A stretch of DNA of 64,000 nucleotides from Nemertoderma westbladi (Eukaryota > Animalia > Xenacoelomorpha). The stretch lies in assembly GCA_032718475.1 (NCBI GenBank), contig JAUCBJ010000576.1, positions 1 to 64,000 of the forward strand, given 5' to 3'. The notes below the pieces were generated by a model. That model saw nothing but the letters and a program-made list of their open reading frames with translations, was not told the DNA's origin and searched no databases. Positions 57,046-64,000 of the stretch are shown piece by piece; position 1 is the stretch's first letter; each line of letters begins with the position of its first letter. Both the position numbers and the translations under genes were made by a program.

Positions 57046-60000
57046 TTAGTCCTTCTTACGTGAACGGCGTTTACGCAGTTTTTTGAGGCTAGCAAGAGTC
57101 CTTTTCTCTTTGGGGTGAGCCACTTTACTAGGAGGGCTATAACTCCTGGGTGAAGGGTGCAATACAATTGCATCGGAAGGTTTAGGGTTACGGTCGGTGT
57201 ATCCGCCGGTCGAGGCACCCGGTTGATCGATATCAACCTCAGTGGAGCGAGGTCGAACAACCTTCAGAGCGCGTTTCAGGACAGCAGCTCTTACTGGTCC
57301 CTGACGAGTCGTCTGCACGAGAGCGGTAGGTGGACAGTGAGTAGTGAGAAATTTCCTCGGTTTGATGGTTCTTTCTAACTCGTGTTCTCGGGCTCTATAT
57401 TCATAGGGTCGTCTATGAACTTCCTGTAGTTCTGGATGCGAGTTGATGAACAAGTCACCATATTCCGGATCTTGACGGATGAAGTTGATCAAGTTATAGA
57501 AATTAAGATCATTGGGATTAATGTTCCTGAGATATTTACGAACAAATTTGGTCGAAATATTCTCGCCAACACGCTTCATTAGTTCGTAACTCGGTGTGCG
57601 AGATTTTTGCTCAACGGAAGCAAATAGATACGGGTGAAACGCATAAACTCCTTCATAGGCGGGTCCAGGGTAATATCGATGACGTGACTCACAGTGTAGA
57701 TCCGCGTTCGCTTCCCAGGCTCGAATGTAGCGTAGGGTAATCATTTCATCTACGCTTTCCAGATCTCGGTTGAAAGGGCAATCAAAACTTGCATGTCCTT
57801 TAAACTGACAATGATGGCATTGAGTCATAAATTGATTAATTGACTGATAAAATGTGTAAGTTATTGAGTCTACAGTACGCACAATAGATCTCCATCGTAG
57901 GTTGTTCAGGGAAGTAGGAGCAGGGTACGTTGGAGTCCACCAGGGTGAAATGGTCTCGAGATGCGCATAATCGTTCGCGGCCTCATAATAATTGATGCAA
58001 CGTTTCCTAGAAACATAATTGGCATGCCGATAATCGTACACGGTGAGACATTGTGGACCTTGATACCATTCCAGGACGTAGTCGTTGTCACTGCTCCGCG
58101 GCACTGTGGGCTGAATCTCCTCGGATTCTAAACATATTGGTTCGTCTTCCAATTGCATAGCTGAGGTAGGTGTAGCTGTCTCCTCAAGCGAACCCAATGT
58201 CTGAACTTCCACGATAGAATAACCCGTGGGGATTCGGGGTCTTTGTATAACAGAGGAATGTAAGTTCTGTATACAAACGTCCTTGAAAATGGCGAATCCA
58301 GCGCTGTCTAACTTCTCAGCAGCTGAGTCTCTTAGGCTGAGCTTGGTCAGAGCGCGGTCCTTGAACTGACTATCAACATTACGGAACGGAGTCAGAAAGC
58401 ACCTAAAGCATTCGAAGCGGATGAATTTATTGTGTTCATCTAGCTTGGCGAGTTTGGTTCCAAGTATCAAGGGATGGGCGCGTATAGTACGACTGCACAG
58501 TACACATCGGCTAGCCAACCGGCAAGATCTTGAAGATAGTGTATATAGCTAATGAGGGACGAAGTGGAACACTCATAAAGCTATAAACGACGCCAGGGGC
58601 GGTCACGGTCAATGGTCCGTCAAAGTATAATCGAAAATAATGATCTCCATATACTTGTTGATAGTTGATAGGGTTTCCGACTTTGAAATTACATCCATAT
58701 TCTTGGAAGGCAAGATGTCCGATGGAGGTTCGTTGTACTTTATTGATGCCACTGGGTGTATTGGCATACATAGTTCGGAAGAAACCTCGGCCTTCTGCCC
58801 AGGGAGAAATCAGCTGGGTGTCTACGAAAGGATATGGGATATTCTCCATGTTCCTGAAGTCGTTTTGGAGATCTCCATAAACAGATGAGCCGATTTTAAG
58901 GATTCTTTCGTTAAACAACATCTCGAGCACTGGCTGGGGTAACATCGATCCATCTATACCCATGACCGGTTTGCGCACAGTGTCGGTGACGTAGCGCTGC
59001 GCGAGTTCGAATTGTCCATGTCGGAGTTTCTTTTGTATCGCGGTGAGAGTCTCACAAAGAATGATCAATCACGTCGGAACACGCTCGAGTAAACACGTGG
59101 GTAGAACCAGCTAGTCCTCGTATATGTATCATGCGCATAGTTCCCAGTTCTCCAACCGGAACGTTACCTTCGTTATCGTAAGTGACAACTCCATACATTT
59201 CGATAACATTAAGAGTTTTGTTCCACTCTTTAGTGGCGTTTTCTAGGGTCATCCCCACCGGATGCCACAAGGTGGCGCATTCGCTAGTATTAGGTAGATC
59301 CCTATACTTCAGATACTGTGTAGTATAAGTCTCTACATCTCCATATCGTTGTATTCTCTCTTCCTCAAATAATACGTCGAGATTCCAGTGGACTAATCGA
59401 GTTTTAATAAATCCATCGAGATTATACGGAGGCATTATATCCTTCTCTATTCTGGAAACATTGTAGGGTTTTCTGAATGAGTTTACTTTCACTAACTGAT
59501 CCAGATGTTTCTGCAGTTGTTCGAGTTCGACAAGATCGAGGGGATTTATTAGTGGTAGAAACCTTAGACTATGTGTAGGATCTTCCGGTTTTACCATATA
59601 ATATTGAGTTAGATTGACATAATAAGGGTGGTCTTTGATCCCATAAAACGAGTTCGGTAAAGGTCTAGCGCGTATGTTGACCTCGTGTACCATACGACGG
59701 ACAAGATCCGCTCGATTGTCCAGAGGTTCAACGAGTATACCGTCAACACGAGCGGCCTCGATTGGCGGATGTTGTAACATAGGAGCGTCAGCGATAAGAT
59801 CTCGAGATCTTAGGTTGATATCAACCGGTTGGGGTTGTACCATGGCGAAGAGTTTGTCTCCGAAATGGGGAACCATTGAAGGATGAATAATGGTTTTGGA
59901 ATAGAAATCGGTCATAAGTATTTGAGCTTCTGGCTGGGCTAAAGCTGCTTCTTCTCTCTCGTCCATTTCGATATGCTTCTCCTCGAGCTGATTTTCCTCC

Positions 60001-60650
60001 GCTTGTTTTTGGAAGCGTTCGTCCAAAAACTCTTGTAGAGAATAGGTTCGTCCAAGTTCGATGTCTTCCTCGAGGTTCTGGATTTCTCGATCGAACTGGG
60101 GTAAGGCTAATTCCTTTACTGCTTGGACTTGCTGCTGCAATTTATGTTTCTCCAAACAATCGTAAGTTCCTTTTCCGATCTTCTGCCGAATAGCGTCTAA
60201 TGCGTTTCGTACAACGCTCTCCTCGATTTCGGTGACGGGTTGTATCGGGGTTAAACCGGAACGATTATACGGGTTGAACGGTGATATTAGATGTCCACGT
60301 CCCAATCCGGCTAGGTATGATGGGCGAATATCTAGAGAGCCCACTACCAGAGTGCCACCGATTAATTGTTCGGGTAACACGAGATCTTTGAACAGTGAGT
60401 ACAGTTCAGGAGGATCCGTTATACTATTAGGATCAAGAGTTTGACGTCTCACTAGGGAATGAGGAGGTCTGACCGAGTATTCCGGAACTCTGATCATCGG
60501 TTTATTTAAGGATCGTTTGAGTCGAGCGAGTGTAGGTGATACGTCGAACAAGTTTCGCTCGAAACTCCCGTAAGTATAGCGAGTAAAACTGTGTTTAGCG
60601 CAATGTCTCCGCGGATGTTTATGTCTTTCCGTTGGCTGGTTGGGTCTAGG
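57046..60650 (-). pseudogene. BEL-4 accessory ORF (copy B): coiled-coil region, DEDD-type 3'-5' exonuclease-like domain, zinc knuckle, basic tail; two frameshifts
   Basis: Three overlapping ORFs forming ~1200 codons; VVTYDNEG (ExoI-like), LPQPVLEMLFNERILKIGSSVYGDLQNDF (ExoII-like), FVDTQ, SIGHLAFQEYGCNFK; CHHCQFKGHASFDC; KKLRKRRSRKKD; stop ~70 bp before the PPT. Confidence 0.8.
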
Positions 60651-62453
60651 GCCGCAGGCAATCATCCCAGGCATGGAAATCGATCAATCTGCTTACTGGG
60701 CGGAAAAGCCAACCAACCACCAAGGTTAAGGCTGAATCACCAGCCGATCGCCTCAATGGTTGGAAAGCCCACTTTGAAAAGCTCCTCAATAATGACAGGG
60801 TATTGCCTGGTAACTTTATAGAAGTAAAAGTGTCTGAGTCTGTACTCCCAGATATTCCCATTGGCGATATCTCCTTTGCAGAAGTGAAGGCTGCTGCAAA
60901 GAGCATTAAGACCAATCGTGCCAGTGGAGTAGATGGTGTTCTCCCTGAGGTCTTTAAAATACCTGAGTGTTTAAAGCTCATCTATCCCATCATAGTAGAC
61001 ATGTACCGTACAACAAGAGTCCCACAAGAAATGAAAACAAATAAGTTGGTGCCAGTTCCCAAGAAGGGCAACCTAACACTCTATGGTTCTTTTCGGGGAA
61101 TCTCATTGATCTCGATTGCTGCAAAACTATACAATAGAATTCTATTAAATCGCATCAGGGATCCCATTGAGAGACTGCTACATGGAAATCAGAATGGGTT
61201 CCGTAAAGGTCGTGGGACCATGGAGCCCATTTGGCACTTAGAAGGATAATTGAAGAGTTATCAAAAAAGAAAGACAGGCATCTGGCTGTTATCTTTGTTG
61301 ACTTCTTCAAGGCCTTTGATTCAGTCTCTCGCTCACGTATGTTCAACATACTTTCATTATATGGGATTCCTGATGAAATTATTGCAGCAATCAGATCAGT
61401 ATACGATGGTTCGACAACATTTGTGTCTACTGTTGACGGTGACACAGAACCATTTGAAGTGTTATGGGGTGTCCTCCAAGGAGACACACTTGCACCATTC
61501 TTGTTCATTATTGTGGTTGACTATGTTCTACGCATGTCCTTAGATCATCATAATGATGATGGGGTTATGATAACTCCACCTACTGGCTCCAGAAGTCGAG
61601 GAAATCCTGCCAAGTACCTAACTGATCTAGACTTTGCTGATGACTTAGGAGTACTCTCAGAATCATTAGAGGGAGCCCAGCAGCTCCTCAGCTCATTAGA
61701 ACATGCTGCTTCTACTGTTGGTCTTTTTATTAACTTCAGAAAGACCAAAATTCTGACAGTTAACTTTGAAAGTCCTCAGCAAGTCTCTGATCGGATGAGC
61801 ATAAGCTCAAAGGATGGTCTGCTTGAGCATGTGGACGACTTCTGTTACCTGGGATCATGGATCCGGAAGTCAGGTGAGGACCTTCGAATACGTAAGGGAA
61901 AGGCATGGACAGCCTTGAATAGGCTTTCCAGGATTTGGAAGTCACCTAGAATTAATCGGAAACTTAAGGTCCGATTATTTAGAGCAGCAGTAGTTCCAGT
62001 ACTCCTCTACGGGAGTCCATGCTGGGCTCTAACTGCTGAGGACACCAAATCTCTGGATGGCACATTCACAAGAATGCTACGCCGGGTACATTGTGTCAAG
62101 TACAATGCACACATCTCCAACCAGACACTATATAACATTGGAGGTGTCTCATTGGTTCCCCCAAGCTTGACACTAGAACGAAATCGCCTCTGTTTTGCAG
62201 GACATTGCTTTCGCCGTGAGGACCAGCCAGTGCATAATCTTGTACTTTGGCAGCCTCATGGAGTGAATAAGCATGGTGGACAGCCCATGACTTTCTTGCG
62301 ACGCATCTTAAAGGACACTGGCCTTAAAGATGCGGATGATCTAGCAAATGTCATGGGTGATAGGGAGTTGTGGCGGTGCAATTTTGTTGACAAGCCGGCA
62401 CAGCATTCTTAAAAATGCAGCTGCAATGCAGCATGCCTATCCTAGTAGTAGTA
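60650..62453 (+). mobile_element. RTE-clade LINE, 5'-truncated, RT with frameshifts
   Basis: WKAHFEKLLN, PKKGNL...RGISL, QNGFRKGR, FVDFFKAFDS, GVLQGD, FADD, FCYLGS, LLYGSPCW; very short 3' UTR and (TAG)n tail. Confidence 0.93.
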
Positions 62454-62629
62454 TTTTCGGTGAGGAGGTCGATTGTATTTTCCTCGTCGAATAATTGGTT
62501 GATATCGTCATTATCTGAGAAGTATGGTGTTCCCTCAGTTGTGGTCTCTCCCTCACTGATTTCTTCTTCCCATTCACTCACCTGATGTACCTTGTCGTTA
62601 GGTAGTCTTTCCATGAGTGTTACTCTCAT
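62454..62629 (-). other. Acidic ORF segment, possible N-terminus of the BEL-4 accessory ORF cut off by the RTE
   Basis: MRVTLMERL...EEEISEGETTTEG...DEENTIDLLTEN runs into the RTE tail; same strand as 57046-60650; no TSD seen to prove the join. Confidence 0.45.
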
Positions 62630-62654
62630 CCCTACTCTTGTTCCTACTGAGTTC

Positions 62655-64000
62655 CTACTTGAGTGTTCCTACTCTCATTCTTCCCGCATATGTTTGTAAT
62701 GGTTGCGGTCGAGCAGGCCGTTTTTCTAATGTCTCAAGCGCCTCATGCGCGTTTTGGCCGATCAATATCTGCACCCCTGGGTAGTTGGTGTTGAATCTAG
62801 GGATATCATGCTGCTGGTTAAAATGGTCTTCATCCCAGTTGTAAGGTTCTACTTGGCTGGTAGCAAAGTTCTTTATCGCCACCATTTTTACTGACCTTAT
62901 GCTATGTTCTCCTAGTTCATCCTGGGGAGTGGACAACGCGCCTACATAGTAGTCTGTAGCTACTGTGGATTTCCAAACCTGCATAATTCCTGAAAGATTC
63001 AACTTAGTTCGGAACTTGGGTTGTCCAGCAAAGATGTCTTTGGCTAGTTCTTTGTCGATGAATGTTCCTGTGCTGCCGGAGTCCAGGAGGGCGTTTACTA
63101 TAAAACTCTTACCTGGCCCATGGACTCTCAGCTGAACTACTGGGAATTCCCGGATTCCGACGTTGGAAGTTGGCGCTTTCCAAGATGGTTGTCGGTCCAG
63201 AATAGTCAGTTGCGTTTCGTTATCGGTTTCAGTCTCATACATAAGCGCTCGATACACTGCGGTGTTTATCATATAACAGGATTCGATTTCGTCGGAGAAT
63301 TCGTCCGTGTAAAATCCTTCCATCTCAGAACTGTGGTCAGTGTCGTTCACATCACTGAATTGGACATGTAGTTCGGGCTCACTTACCTGACTCGTGCGGG
63401 TTCTTTCAAATTCTGTGTGCAGCAAGATATGATGTTTCGCACCGCACTTAGCGCACCTCGTGTCTGAGTAACAGGTCCGCCGTTGGTGTCCTTGTCTGAG
63501 ACAATTATAACACAACCGCTTATCCCACATGACATCACGTCTATCCTTTAGGGATTTCTTCAAGAATTCATCACATCCACTTAAACGATGGGGCCCGTCG
63601 CACAATGCACATTTGGGTTTGATGTTACTTACTTTAACCTATGTTGTGTTGTGCACACTTGTTCTTTCCTCGGGCTTTCTTCCATGAATTATCTTAGGAG
63701 ACGTAGGAGGAGTTTTTGTTACCTGTTCTCTCCTGTCACTGGTTCGAGACTTAGATTTACTTACGTCTTTCGGTGTTTTGTTGACATAGTAAGATTTTTC
63801 GGTGTCTTTCCCGCTGTTCTCCTCTTGGGAGGTTTGGCTTTCGCCGTCGTCTGTATAACACACTGGTGTTACCTTTCTCCTAGAAACGGGTTTTTCACTC
63901 ACCTTATTCTCCGGTGTCTTCTCTCGGGTCTGCTTTAGGAGCTGTAATCTTACCTCTCCATTTAAGAATGACATGAGATCAGCCATGGTAGGGTCTCTTT
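62655..64000 (-). pseudogene. BEL/Pao element 4 gag end and protease (frameshifted; continues beyond the window)
   Basis: Knuckles C..CDGPHRLSGC, CYNCLRQGHQRRTC, CAKCGAKHHILLH; protease LLDSGS and ILIGQN; stops after the protease with no RT. Confidence 0.88.

Overview
Animal (invertebrate-type) genomic DNA made almost entirely of nested transposable elements. It holds four BEL/Pao LTR retrotransposons on the minus strand: one full-length copy at 17223-34692 with near-identical 1888-bp LTRs and a 5-bp TSD, one decayed, and two lacking the RT/RNase H/integrase core. Also present are a 5'-truncated Gypsy pol with PPT and LTR, a CRE-clade (RT plus restriction-like endonuclease) LINE, three RTE LINE pieces, and non-autonomous Mutator, piggyBac and hAT DNA elements with clean TIRs and TSDs. 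Two exons of a host gene encode a signal peptide and a PAN/apple domain. The most unusual signals: (1) a family of accessory ORFs in the env position of the BEL elements, encoding a DEDD-type 3'-5' exonuclease-like domain, CCHC knuckles and a basic tail; (2) in the full-length BEL, a non-tRNA primer site exactly complementary to an 11-mer inside its own LTR (possible self-priming), TA...TA termini, a tRNA-derived Pol III unit in U3, and a 16-bp motif repeated nine times in one orientation. All calls come from reading by eye. Family and domain assignments need HMM/BLAST confirmation, and boundaries without a TSD are approximate.
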